A stretch of 64,000 nt of DNA from NCBI GenBank assembly GCA_027484405.1, contig JAIXTA010000139.1, positions 3,930 through 67,929 on the forward strand. Direction: 5' to 3'. Positions 42,749 to 52,341 of the stretch are shown in pieces. Made by a program: the position numbers and the translations under genes. Within the stretch, counting starts at the first letter, position 1. Every line of letters begins with the position of its first letter. The notes beneath the pieces are model-generated. The model had not been told where the DNA came from and searched no databases. It was given only the letters and a program-made list of their open reading frames with translations. The DNA is from Burkholderiales bacterium. Lineage in GTDB: Bacteria; Pseudomonadota; Gammaproteobacteria; Burkholderiales; Burkholderiaceae_C.

Positions 42749-43432
42749 ATGACCGCCGCACAGGCCCAGATCGCCTCCGCCCAACCAACCCACCTGCTGC
42801 GCCTGCTTGGCGCGCTGTTGCTGCTTGCTGTGGCCAGCCTGCTGGCCATGCTCAGCCCTGCCGCGCAGGCCCAGGGCCGGCCGGAGTACCGCACGCTCAC
42901 CCCGCCGCAGCCTACGAGCACGCCGGGCAAGATCGAGGTGCTGGAGTTCTTCCAGTACAGCTGCGGCCACTGCCATACCTTCGAGCCCACGCTGCAGAGC
43001 TGGAAAGCCAAGCTGCCCAAGGATGTGGCCTTCCGCGCCGTGCCGATCACCTTCAGTGACCAGACCATCCCCCACAGCCGGATGTTCTACACCCTGGAAG
43101 CCCTTGGCCGGCTCGATGACCTGCACCAGCGCGTGTTCAATGCCTTCCACCTCGAGCGCAAGCGCCTGCTGAGCGTGGAGGAACAGGCCCAGTTCTTCAC
43201 GCAGTTCGGCATCGATGCCAAGAAGTACACCGACACCTACAACTCCTTCGGCGTGAACACCAAGGTGCGCGCGGCCCAGCAGCTGGCGCAGAACTACCGT
43301 ATCGACGCCACGCCCACCATGGCCGTGGACGGCCGCTTCGTGGCCACCGTGGGCGCCGGCCAGGGCGGGCAGGTCAGCATGCTCATGACCGTCGATTCGC
43401 TGATTGCTGAAGCGCGCAAGTCGCGCAAGTAA
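42749..43432 (+). CDS. dsbA: Thiol:disulfide interchange protein DsbA
   Basis: Signal peptide, IEVLEFFQYSCGHC, cis-Pro loop ATP, VDGRF. Confidence 0.9.
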   Translation: MTAAQAQIASAQPTHLLRLLGALLLLAVASLLAMLSPAAQAQGRPEYRTLTPPQPTSTPGKIEVLEFFQYSCGHCHTFEPTLQSWKAKLPKDVAFRAVPITFSDQTIPHSRMFYTLEALGRLDDLHQRVFNAFHLERKRLLSVEEQAQFFTQFGIDAKKYTDTYNSFGVNTKVRAAQQLAQNYRIDATPTMAVDGRFVATVGAGQGGQVSMLMTVDSLIAEARKSRK

Positions 43433-43522
43433 GTCGGCACGCCGGCAGCCGCGCGCTGCCCGGACCGTCCGAACAGGCCGCGTACGATCTGCGCGGCCTG
43501 TTCTTTTGTGGAAAGCAGATTC

Positions 43523-44281
43523 ATGAATGTCTTCATCACGGGCGCATCCAGCGGTATTGGCGCCGATCTGGCGCGCGAGTTTGCGGCGCGCGGCGCCACG
43601 CTGGGGCTGGTGGCGCGCCGGCGTGAGGTGCTGGAAGAGTTGGTGGCCACACTGCCGGGCTCGCACCACATCTACGCGGCCGATGTGACCGACAAGGTGG
43701 CCATGCGTGATGCCGGCGCGGCCTTTGATGCCGTAACGGGCGGCGCGGATGTCGTCATCGCCAATGCCGGCATCAGCGTGGGCGTGCTCACTGAATACTT
43801 CGAAGACCTTGACGCCTTTGCCGACGTGTTCAACACCAACGTCATGGCCATGGCACACACCTTCCACCCCTTCATCACGCCCATGCGCGAGCGCAGGCGC
43901 GGCACACTGGTGGGCATTGCGAGCGTGGCAGGCATCCGCGGCCTGCCGGGCAGCGAGGCCTATTGCGCGAGCAAGGCCGCCGCCATCAGCTACTGCGAAA
44001 GCCTGCGGGTGGAGCTGAAAAAGACCGGCGTTAAGGTCAGCACCATCTGCCCGGGCTTCATCAAGACCCCGCTGACGGCCAAGAACCCGTACTCCATGCC
44101 CTTTCTGATGGAGAGCCGCGACTTTGCACGCCAGTGCGCGGACGCCGTGCTCGCGGGCACGAGCTACAAGGTCATCCCCTGGCAGATGGGCGTGGTGGCC
44201 AAGCTGCTGCGCCTGCTGCCGAACTGGCTGTTCGACAAGGCCTTCGGCAACCGGCCATACAAGCCTAGGCGTTCCGCCTAG
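43523..44281 (+). CDS. Short-chain dehydrogenase/reductase
   Basis: TGASSGIG, ANAG, YCASK, CPGFIKT. Confidence 0.92.
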   Translation: MNVFITGASSGIGADLAREFAARGATLGLVARRREVLEELVATLPGSHHIYAADVTDKVAMRDAGAAFDAVTGGADVVIANAGISVGVLTEYFEDLDAFADVFNTNVMAMAHTFHPFITPMRERRRGTLVGIASVAGIRGLPGSEAYCASKAAAISYCESLRVELKKTGVKVSTICPGFIKTPLTAKNPYSMPFLMESRDFARQCADAVLAGTSYKVIPWQMGVVAKLLRLLPNWLFDKAFGNRPYKPRRSA

Positions 44282-44293
44282 GCTTGTATGGCC
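44253..44293. terminator. Perfect 19-bp inverted repeat spanning the SDR stop codon; possible terminator
   Basis: GGCCATACAAGCCTAGGCG-TTC-CGCCTAGGCTTGTATGGCC; no U-tract follows. Confidence 0.5.
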
Positions 44294-44432
44294 TGCGACC
44301 TGCTGATCGCTCGCCCCCCAACCCCCCATCCGGGGGGCTGAATACTCGCTGAATCGCGCGCTTCGCATTCGCCTGCGCCGCTGTTGTTGCGCGAAGCTGA
44401 TCGCACGCGGCAGCGCCTGCACACTTCGATTT

Positions 44433-44508
44433 TGGATCTGCCAGATCGCTTGTCTGGCGCGGTTCTCCAGCCACTTTGGCCTGAAGAACCGCACCAGGCG
44501 TCGATCCA
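44433..44508. repeat. REP-like palindromic element, copy B
   Basis: TGGATC...CGCTTGTCTGGCGCGGTTCTCCAGCCACTTTGGCCTGAAGAACCGCACCAGG...GATCCA aligns with the 46739 copy. Confidence 0.75.
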
Positions 44509-44545
44509 GCACCGCCGGTGCGGGCGTCGGCAAGCTCCCGGCGGC

Positions 44546-45202
44546 CTAGCCTGTGCGCGACTTGATGCGGCCGCGCAGCACCTGCAGCAGGGCGCGCGTT
44601 TCGGCGTCGGGTCGGGCGGGTTCCTTCCAGTATTCGGAGCAGTCGCTTTGGCGGCCGAGCAGGCGCATGTTGATCAGCTCGCGGCGCAGGGTGGCGTGGT
44701 CGGCAAAGGCATGCCAGGCCTTGAGCACATCGTTCACCTCGCGCTCGGTGTAGCGCCGCTTGGCATCGAAGTGCAGCCACAGACCCCAGAGCGCCAGGCG
44801 CTGCACACTGAACTTGTTGGGCCAGCGCACAAGCACGCCGTGGGTATCAAACTGCATGGCGGCCTTGGTGGCCGCCGGCGTGAGTGGCAGCGGTGCATCG
44901 GCCAGGCGAGCAACCGGTGCGGCCGCGTGCGCCGCGGGCCGTGCTGCGCGAGCCTTGAGCGCCTGGACATTCGGATGGCCGGCGGCGCGCGCCAGCATGT
45001 TGAGCAGCTGCACGTGGCCGGGCAGCGAGTCGGCGCTGCCGCCTCGCGCCGCGACATGCTCGCGCAGCTGGCCGCGCAGGGATTTGGCAAAGACCGACAG
45101 GTCCGGTGCCAGCAGCGGGGTGGGAGAGGGCAAGGTCGCCGGGGCTGACACAGCAGAGGGTGTGCGCGTGCGCTTCGCCACCGAGGGAGCAGATGAGGTC
45201 AT
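44546..45202 (-). CDS. DUF2087-domain protein
   Basis: DLSVFAKSL, GHVQLLNMLARAAG, RWPNK, YTEREVN, DHATLRREL. Confidence 0.85.
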   Translation of the reverse strand: MTSSAPSVAKRTRTPSAVSAPATLPSPTPLLAPDLSVFAKSLRGQLREHVAARGGSADSLPGHVQLLNMLARAAGHPNVQALKARAARPAAHAAAPVARLADAPLPLTPAATKAAMQFDTHGVLVRWPNKFSVQRLALWGLWLHFDAKRRYTEREVNDVLKAWHAFADHATLRRELINMRLLGRQSDCSEYWKEPARPDAETRALLQVLRGRIKSRTG

Positions 45203-45414
45203 GGTCGCTTTCCAGACAGCGCGGGCCCATGGATCAGTCCGCTGGCTGCGGACTGCACTGCGGTTGCCGACTTGCAGCTTGGGCGCGCGCGATCATGAAA
45301 GGCGCCAAGTCATGCGGAGGGTGAAGGCAGGTTTAGCTCGCGGACTGCGCCGCGCGGCAACGCCTGGGTGAACTGCCGACCGGGTGCGCAGTGTACGGCC
45401 GCTAGCATGCGCGC

Positions 45415-46194
45415 ATGCAAGACGCCCCGCGCATCGTCAGCCTCGTGCCCTCGATCACCGAACTGCTGATCGACCTGGGCCTGCACGCGCACATCGTGGG
45501 CCGCACGGGCTTCTGCATCCACCCGGCCGAAGCGGTGCGCGACATCCCCAAGGTGGGCGGCACCAAGGACGTGAACCTGGAGAAGATCCGCCGCCTCGCA
45601 CCCACGCACGTGATCGTGAACGTGGACGAGAACCGGCTGCCCGACGTGGAAGCGCTGCGCGAATTTGTGCCGCAGGTGGTGGTGACGCACCCGCAGGCGC
45701 CGCAGGACAACCCAACGCTGTACCGGCAGATGGCCGAGACCTTTGCGCAGGTGCCGGGCATGCACGAGCGTGCCGAGACCCTGTGCGAGCGCTTCGATGC
45801 CGCACTGGCCGCGCTGCAAGCACAGCCGTTTGCGCCGCGCCGCGTGCTCTACCTGATCTGGCAGGACCCCTGGATGACCGTGGCGCGCGACACCTACATC
45901 AGCCGCATGCTCGCACTCGTGAATTGGCACACGGAGCCTGAGGTGCAAGGCGGCGAGCACGGCGCCGCGCGCTACCCGACGATCAAATTCTCCGAGGCGC
46001 TGCTGGCGCAGGTGGATGCGGTGCTGCTCTCCACCGAGCCCTACCGTTTTGGCGACCACCACGCCGACGCGCTGGAACGCCAGCTGGGCAAACCGGTGCT
46101 GCTGATCGATGGCGAGATGACCAGCTGGTACGGCAGCCGCGCGATTGCGGGGCTCGAGTATCTGGGCCGGTTCGCGCGCGAGGCGGCGATCTGA
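45415..46194 (+). CDS. Helical-backbone metal-receptor (BtuF/TroA-like) protein without a signal peptide
   Basis: RIVSLVPSITE, VGRTGFCIHP, VGGTK, YLIWQDPWM, LSTEPY.F, IDGEMTSWYG. Confidence 0.82.
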   Translation: MQDAPRIVSLVPSITELLIDLGLHAHIVGRTGFCIHPAEAVRDIPKVGGTKDVNLEKIRRLAPTHVIVNVDENRLPDVEALREFVPQVVVTHPQAPQDNPTLYRQMAETFAQVPGMHERAETLCERFDAALAALQAQPFAPRRVLYLIWQDPWMTVARDTYISRMLALVNWHTEPEVQGGEHGAARYPTIKFSEALLAQVDAVLLSTEPYRFGDHHADALERQLGKPVLLIDGEMTSWYGSRAIAGLEYLGRFAREAAI

Positions 46195-46338
46195 GGGCTT
46201 GATCGGATCGAGCCCGCCGGCCCGCAGTCGCACGCGGCCCGGTCCTTGCGCCGCACCGCAGGTGTTGCCGCTGCCCGGCCAGCCGCCGTGCAACGCATTA
46301 CGCACTAGGCTGCAAGCTCCCCCGAGCTGGAGCCGGCC

Positions 46339-46719
46339 ATGCCCCTCGTCACACTCACCGTTCGCAAGCCCACGTCTGCCGCGCGCAAGAGCGCGCTATT
46401 CAATGCCGTGCACCAGGCCCTGGTAGCCAGTGGGGTGCCTCCCACCGATCTCTTCCAGCGTTGTCTGGCGTTGAGCGACGAGGACTTCCGCTACGACCCG
46501 TCCTATCCGGATGCGGCAAGCCCGCGTGGCGCCGACTTTGCGCTGATCGAGATCCTGCTGTCCGTGGGGCGCAGCGTGAAGATCAAGCGCAAGATCCTGG
46601 CGGACCTCGTGGCCGCGGCGCAGGCATCGGGCCTGGAGCCCGAGCATCTGATGGTGGTGTTCAAGGAAACCCAGTGGGAGAACTGGGCCTTTGCCGGCGG
46701 GCGGCAGATTCACGCCTGA
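46339..46719 (+). CDS. Tautomerase-family protein
   Basis: N-terminal Met-Pro; GVPPTDLFQR, GRSVKIK, ENWAFAGG. Confidence 0.82.
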   Translation: MPLVTLTVRKPTSAARKSALFNAVHQALVASGVPPTDLFQRCLALSDEDFRYDPSYPDAASPRGADFALIEILLSVGRSVKIKRKILADLVAAAQASGLEPEHLMVVFKETQWENWAFAGGRQIHA

Positions 46720-46726
46720 GCAGAAT

Positions 46727-46800
46727 CAAAAAGGCTTTCCGCTTGTCCCATGCGGCTCTCCAGCCATTTTGGTCTGGAAAGCCGCATGAATGCTGGATCT
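46727..46800. repeat. REP-like palindromic element, copy C
   Basis: GGCTTTCCGCTTGTCCCATGCGGCTCTCCAGCCATTTTGGTCTGGAAAGCCGCATGAATGCTGG; inverted copy of 19854-19923; lies between convergent genes. Confidence 0.8.
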
Positions 46801-46824
46801 GCGTTCTGAAGTTCGGGCTTGGGC

Positions 46825-48282
46825 TCAGGCCGCGTGGGCCATGGCCTGCTGCTTGTCCACCACGAACTGCGGCATCAGGCTGCCGATGAGGATGCCGAAG
46901 AAGGCGGCGATCAGCCCCGGCAGCTGCGCGGGATATTCCGGCCCGAGCGGCTTGAACACCATGAAGCCGATCCAGGTGCCGATGCCCAGCACGATGGAGA
47001 CGATCGCGCCCTGCGTGGTGGCGCGCTTCCAGTACAGGCCGAACACCAGCGGAATGAAGGCGCCCACGAGCGTGACCTGGTAGGCACTCGACACCAGGTC
47101 ATAGATCGAGGTGCCTTTCATCATGATCGCGTAGGTCAGCACGAGGCAGGCAAACACCACGAGCGTGGTGCGCATGGCAAACAGCTGCTGCCGGTCGCTC
47201 AGGCCCGGGTGGATGTTCTTGAGGATGTTCTCCACGAAGCTGGTGGAGGGCGCCAGCAGCGTCGCGCTGGAGGTGCTCTTGATGGCCGAGAGCAGTGCGC
47301 CGAAGAACAGGATCTGCATGGCCAGCGGCATGTGGTTCATGATGAAGCTGGGCAGGAGCTTCTGGTAGTCGTTCTTGGCCAGTTCGAGCGCCTTGTCACC
47401 CATCACCACCACGGCGCAGGCCACGATGAACATGGGCACGAAGGCAAACAGCAGATAGCTCACGCCGCCGATCACCGCGCCGCTGCGTGCGGTGCTGGCG
47501 TCCTTGGCGCTCATCACACGCTGGAAGACGTCCTGCTGCGGAATGGACCCGAGCATCATGGTCACGGCCGCAGCCAGGAAGATGGAGATCTCGGTGAAGC
47601 TGGGTGCCGGCAGGATCTGCGCCCAGTTGTTCTGCGCGGCCAGGTTCACCACCTTGTCCACGCCGGCGATGTTGCCGGCAAAGATCGCGATCAGCGTCAG
47701 GCCCACCACCAGCACGATCATCTGGATGAAGTCGGTCCAGGCCACGGCCAGAAAGCCGCCGATCACCACATAGATCAGCACGGCCAGCGTGCCGACGATC
47801 ATGCCCGTGGTCTCGCTCATCGCGCCGTTGGTCAGGATGCTGAACACCAGACCCAGGGCCGTGATCTGCGCGGCCACCCAGCCCAGATAGCTCAGGATGA
47901 TCGCCACGGAACAGAACACCTCGACAAAGCGCCCGTAGCGATGGCGGTAGTAGTCGCCGATCGTCAGCAGGGTCATCTTGTAGAGCTTGAAGGCGAAGAA
48001 CAGGCCCACCAGCACCAGGCACATCGATGCGCCGAAGGGGTCTTCGACCACGGCCGCCAGGCCGCCCTGCACGAACTTGGCCGGGATGCCCATCACCGTC
48101 TCGGCCCCGAACCAGGTGGCAAAGGTGGTGGTGACCACCATGATCAGCGGCAGCGAGCGGCCGGCAATGGCGAAGTCGGTCGTGGTCTTGATGCGGCTGC
48201 CCGCCCACACACCCACCGCGAGTGTGCCCAGCAGGTAGATGACGACGAACAGGATCAGCGTGGTGTTGATCTCGGTGGACAT
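46825..48282 (-). CDS. Sodium:solute symporter family transporter
   Basis: DFAIAGRSLP, ATWFGAE, GGFLAVAWTDFIQ, GSIPQQDVFQR; about 13 TM segments. Confidence 0.92.
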   Translation of the reverse strand: MSTEINTTLILFVVIYLLGTLAVGVWAGSRIKTTTDFAIAGRSLPLIMVVTTTFATWFGAETVMGIPAKFVQGGLAAVVEDPFGASMCLVLVGLFFAFKLYKMTLLTIGDYYRHRYGRFVEVFCSVAIILSYLGWVAAQITALGLVFSILTNGAMSETTGMIVGTLAVLIYVVIGGFLAVAWTDFIQMIVLVVGLTLIAIFAGNIAGVDKVVNLAAQNNWAQILPAPSFTEISIFLAAAVTMMLGSIPQQDVFQRVMSAKDASTARSGAVIGGVSYLLFAFVPMFIVACAVVVMGDKALELAKNDYQKLLPSFIMNHMPLAMQILFFGALLSAIKSTSSATLLAPSTSFVENILKNIHPGLSDRQQLFAMRTTLVVFACLVLTYAIMMKGTSIYDLVSSAYQVTLVGAFIPLVFGLYWKRATTQGAIVSIVLGIGTWIGFMVFKPLGPEYPAQLPGLIAAFFGILIGSLMPQFVVDKQQAMAHAA

Positions 48283-48390
48283 GCTTTGACGGCCCCTCCA
48301 GCCTGAACCGCTGCCCGTGGGCATACGGTGTGTGTGCACACGTTGGCGCAACGTGGTGTCGATCCCGTGACTTCGCGCTGCCACAGGCCA

Positions 48391-48406
48391 TGCAATTCCT
48401 GCACCA
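48391..48406 (-). promoter_or_regulatory. Putative sigma-54 (-24/-12) promoter for the symporter
   Basis: Minus strand TGGTGCAGGAATTGCA, giving GG-N10-GC with TTGC, about 110 bp upstream of ATG 48282. Confidence 0.4.
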
Positions 48407-48519
48407 GGCCAGACCACAGCCCAGCGCCTCCCGGCGCGGATTATCGGTCAGCCTGCCGGCCCTGCGCTGCCCGCCATCGGCCGCAGACGATCGTCAGGCC
48501 GCACGCCGATGGCGAAAAC

Positions 48520-49188
48520 TCAAGGGGCCGGACCGTGCAGCGGCCGGCGCTGCCAGCGCATCCAGCGCTCCTGACCGCCAAAGACATCCAGCGCATCGGG
48601 GCTGGGTTCGTCCTCCAGCAGCACGAAGCAGGGTTCGAGCAAGGCGTCGAGCAGCGCGCGGCCATAGACGAAGGGCGGGCCGCGCGGACGCTCGGGTGCC
48701 TGCGGCGTCACGAAGAAGTAGCCCAGCAGCTCGCCGCCGGGCTCGACGAGCTGGGCCACGCGCCAGGCCCAGTCTGCGCGCCGCTCGGGCGGCAGGGCGC
48801 AGGCAAAGGTGCGCTCGTAAAGATGGCGGTAGGGGCCGGGTACGGCGGTGGTATCGAAGAAGTCGGCCTGGCGCAGCAGCGCAGACTGCTCGGGCGCGAG
48901 ACGCTTGCGTCCGGCCTGCACTGCGGCTTGCGCGTAGTCGATGCCATCCACCTTGAGGCCCGCCTCCGCGAACGCGGCCAGCTCGGGCCCGGCACCCGCG
49001 CCGGGCACCAGCACCGTGGCGCCCTTCAGCTTGGTGCCGGTCTCGCCCAGCCAGCGCGCCAGGCGCTGCGGCATGGCGGCGAGCTGCCAGGGGGTGAAGC
49101 CGGCGCTGAAACGCTCGTTCCAGAAGTCGGGCTCAGCGGCATTGCGGGTGGCAAACGCGGGCGCCGCGGTGTCGTGCGAAGTGCTCAA
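48520..49188 (-). CDS. TPMT/halide-thiol-type SAM-dependent methyltransferase
   Basis: FWNERF...TPW, VLVPGAG, ADFF, YERTFACALPP, RGPPF. TTG start. Confidence 0.8.
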   Translation of the reverse strand: MSTSHDTAAPAFATRNAAEPDFWNERFSAGFTPWQLAAMPQRLARWLGETGTKLKGATVLVPGAGAGPELAAFAEAGLKVDGIDYAQAAVQAGRKRLAPEQSALLRQADFFDTTAVPGPYRHLYERTFACALPPERRADWAWRVAQLVEPGGELLGYFFVTPQAPERPRGPPFVYGRALLDALLEPCFVLLEDEPSPDALDVFGGQERWMRWQRRPLHGPAP

Positions 49189-49229
49189 GTCGGGTCAGAA
49201 AGAGAGAACCTGCGGGAACCCGTCAGGCG

Positions 49230-50846
49230 CTACATGAACTCGCCGCCGTCATGCAGCAGCACCCAGAGGATGTAGAAGGCGTAGCCCAGCATGACCGACA
49301 CCACGACGAGTGCGCCGGCCAGCAGGCTGATCAGCAGATGCAGGCGCGACTGGCTCTTGCGGATGCCGCGCAGGTGTTCGATCAGCAGCGAGTCGTCGCG
49401 CTCGGGCGGCGGGGCCGACAGGCGCGCGTGGATCAGGCGCGGCAGCTCGGGCAGCATCTGCGCCCACTGCACGGCCTCCTGCTCGAGGCGCTTGCGGAAA
49501 CCCTCCGGACCGACCTGCTGGTTCATCCACTTCTCGAGGATGGGCTTGGCCGTGGTCCAGAGGTCGAGGTCGGGATCGAGCTGGCGCCCCAGTCCCTCCA
49601 CATTGAGCAGGGTCTTCTGCAGGAGCACCAGCTGCGGCTGGATGCTGACCTTGAAGCGGCGGCTGGCATCGAACAGGCGCAGCAGCACCATGCCCAGGGA
49701 GATTTCCTTCAGGGGCCGGTCGAAGTAGGGTTCGCAGCAGGCGCGCACGGCGGCCTCGAGTTCCTCGACGCGCGTGTCCTTGGGCACCCAGCCGCTCTCC
49801 ACATGCAGGGCAGCCACGCGGCGGTAGTCGCGCTTGAAGAAGGCCAGGAAGTTTTGCGCAAGGTAGTGCTTGTCGTACTCCGACAGCGCACCCATGATGC
49901 CGAAGTCCAGGGCGATGTAGCGGTTGCGGTCGCGCTCGCCATAGCCCACGAGAATGTTGCCCGGGTGCATGTCGGCGTGGAAATAGCCGTCGACGAAGAC
50001 CTGGGTGAAGAAGATCTCCACGCCGTCGCGCGAGAGCTTCTTCAGATCGATGCCCTTGCTGGTCAGCTGCTGGGCATCGGCAATCGGAATGCCCTCCATC
50101 CACGCCATGGTGAAGACGGTGTCGCGCGTGAAGTCCCAGAACACCTCGGGCACAGCCAGCAACTCGCCGCGGTGCGTGCCCGGCGGGAAGTTGCGGCGCA
50201 GCAGGGCGCAGTTGGAGGCCTCGCGCAGCAGGTCGAGCTCGTCGTTCAGGATGCGGTCGAACTCATTGACCACGTCGTCGGGCCGCAAGCGGCGGCCGTC
50301 CTCGCTCATGCGCTTGATCAGCTGGGCGGCCGTGTGCATCAGCGAGAGATCCTTCCGGATCACCTCGCGCATGCCGGGCCGCAGCACCTTCACGGCCACC
50401 TGGCGGCCGGCCTCCTCGGGCCGCTTGTCGCCCTTGAGCGTGGCACGGTGCACCTGCGCGATCGAGGCGCTGGCCACCGGCTTGGAGTCGAAGCTCGCGA
50501 ACAGCTCGGTCGGGGGCGCACCGAGTGCGCGCTCGATGATGCGCTCGGCCGTGCCCGGCGCCTCGGGCGGTACGCGGTCCTGCAGCAACGACAGCTCGTT
50601 GGCGATGTCCTCGGGCAGCATGTCGCGCCGAGTCGAGAGCAGCTGCCCGAACTTCACGAAGATCGGCCCGAGCTCGGTGAATGCCTCGCGCAAGCGCTGG
50701 CCGCGCGGCTGGGCGGGTTCGGCCGCAAGCTTCAGCGGCGAAAGCAGCAGACGTGCAAACCAGGGTAGATGCTGAGCGGGAACCAGCGTGTCGAGCCGGT
50801 ACTTCCAGGCCACGCCGAGGATCTTGACGGTGCGGGCGAGTTTCAT
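49230..50846 (-). CDS. ubiB: Ubiquinone biosynthesis regulatory kinase
   Basis: [44 protein letters not shown]. Confidence 0.96.
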   Translation of the reverse strand: MKLARTVKILGVAWKYRLDTLVPAQHLPWFARLLLSPLKLAAEPAQPRGQRLREAFTELGPIFVKFGQLLSTRRDMLPEDIANELSLLQDRVPPEAPGTAERIIERALGAPPTELFASFDSKPVASASIAQVHRATLKGDKRPEEAGRQVAVKVLRPGMREVIRKDLSLMHTAAQLIKRMSEDGRRLRPDDVVNEFDRILNDELDLLREASNCALLRRNFPPGTHRGELLAVPEVFWDFTRDTVFTMAWMEGIPIADAQQLTSKGIDLKKLSRDGVEIFFTQVFVDGYFHADMHPGNILVGYGERDRNRYIALDFGIMGALSEYDKHYLAQNFLAFFKRDYRRVAALHVESGWVPKDTRVEELEAAVRACCEPYFDRPLKEISLGMVLLRLFDASRRFKVSIQPQLVLLQKTLLNVEGLGRQLDPDLDLWTTAKPILEKWMNQQVGPEGFRKRLEQEAVQWAQMLPELPRLIHARLSAPPPERDDSLLIEHLRGIRKSQSRLHLLISLLAGALVVVSVMLGYAFYILWVLLHDGGEFM

Positions 50847-51457
50847 GCCACGGGGCCACCCTTCTTCGGAGCGTGTCGTTCGATCAATTCGATGCGCTTG
50901 GCCATCCGCTCGAGCTGATCGCGCAGGCCGCGCGTCTCGGCGCTGAGCTGCGCAAAGGGCTCGCGAGCCAGCACGATCGGATCCGTGTAGGCCGCGCGCT
51001 GCACCGCAAGATCGGCACTCTGCCGGGCAAAGCGGCTGGCCGCCTCGAATGCCGTCTGCAGAGCTTGCGCGATCCGGCGCGCGGCAATGTCGCCCACCAG
51101 ACCAGCCAGCGCATGCTCGACATCCGGGCGCAGCTGGGCAGCGAGTGCGCCCAGGCTATGCGCTAGCGCGGCGTCGCCCTCAATGCGCACATGCTTCAGC
51201 CGCTCAGGACCGCTGCTCAGCAGGGCTGCAGGCGCGAGCTCGATGCGCACATTGGCCGGGGCGAGCGGCGTATCAGGCTCACCGGCCGCGAGGCTGCCAT
51301 CGGACTGGATGGCGAAGCACAGCGCGAAGGGGACCAGCGTGACGGCAAAACGCTGCCCCGCGTGCGGACGCAACTGGGCCAGCGCCCAGGGTTCGGCGCC
51401 GATCATGGGGTTGGCCGCGCGGGCAGCCAGAGCGGAGAGCGCTTGGTCGATCGACAT
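50843..51457 (-). CDS. ubiJ: Ubiquinone biosynthesis accessory factor (SCP2 domain)
   Basis: [37 protein letters not shown]; overlaps the ubiB start by 4 bp. Confidence 0.8.
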   Translation of the reverse strand: MSIDQALSALAARAANPMIGAEPWALAQLRPHAGQRFAVTLVPFALCFAIQSDGSLAAGEPDTPLAPANVRIELAPAALLSSGPERLKHVRIEGDAALAHSLGALAAQLRPDVEHALAGLVGDIAARRIAQALQTAFEAASRFARQSADLAVQRAAYTDPIVLAREPFAQLSAETRGLRDQLERMAKRIELIERHAPKKGGPVA

Positions 51458-51548
51458 GCAGACGGGGAAGGGCCGGCACCCGGTGCGGGTGCATCGTGCG
51501 CTGCGAGTGTATTCGCCGCCTGCGAAGGTGCCCCGCAGGCGGCGCCGC

Positions 51549-52250
51549 TCAGATCGGCTGGATCTCGATCACGCGCAGGCCGTCTTCGCCGCGCTGGAAG
51601 CTCCAGACCGTGTCAAAGCGCCGCGCGGCCGATGAGAGTGCGGTGCGATAGAGCCCCGAGAAGCGCACATGCACCGCATCGGCATCCCCGGCAGCGGACA
51701 CCGTCGAAGACCCGGGTCGCTCGACCGCCTCGGCGGTGAGGGTCAGGATATCGGTCGGCGCACCGTCACGGGGGCTGAGCTTTGAGCTGTCCACCAGGCG
51801 CTCGTAGGCATCCTCGCTGAGGGTGGCATGAAGCTCGTCGGCATTGGCGCTGTCCCACGCGGCAATCAGCCGCATGAACACGAGCTTGGCATCGCGCAGG
51901 GTCTGCTCCTGCTCGGCCTGGATCTGCGCACGCATGTCCGGCGCGATGGTCGTGACCTGTGTCAGCGCGACCGTCGCCTGGCCGGCCACCGAGGCGCGGC
52001 GCATCAGGTCGGCACTGAGCGCTTCCATGCTCGGGGCGGTGCGCTCATGCGCAGGATGGATGGGGCCGTCGGCAGCGCCCTGCGTGTCGGCCTGACCCAC
52101 GAAGCCCTGCAGGCCGACATAGGTGCGCTCATAGCTGCGCATCAGCGCATCGCGGTTGCGCTGCAGCTGGGCGCGGTAGCGGGAGACCCAGGCGGCGCCT
52201 GCAATCAGGCCCGTCAGAACCACCCCGCCAAGAAACAACATCCATTCCAT
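51549..52250 (-). CDS. Tim44-like domain membrane protein, short and divergent
   Basis: N-terminal TM; AKLVFMRL..AWD...L, VRFSGL, W.F.R; located between ubiE and ubiJ. Confidence 0.7.
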   Translation of the reverse strand: MEWMLFLGGVVLTGLIAGAAWVSRYRAQLQRNRDALMRSYERTYVGLQGFVGQADTQGAADGPIHPAHERTAPSMEALSADLMRRASVAGQATVALTQVTTIAPDMRAQIQAEQEQTLRDAKLVFMRLIAAWDSANADELHATLSEDAYERLVDSSKLSPRDGAPTDILTLTAEAVERPGSSTVSAAGDADAVHVRFSGLYRTALSSAARRFDTVWSFQRGEDGLRVIEIQPI

Positions 52251-52341
52251 GCCAGCAAGCTATCCAATGAGCAATACCCGCTCAAGCCCGCATTCGCGGG
52301 AGGCAGATCACTGCGCGTGACCTGCCACGGGTTGTCACGCC

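Noticed and set aside
45203-45415. Cobalamin riboswitch near the BtuF-like gene or the TonB receptor
   Set aside because: No B12-box or GGGAA core was recognised, and the geometry suggests a leaderless BtuF-like transcript.
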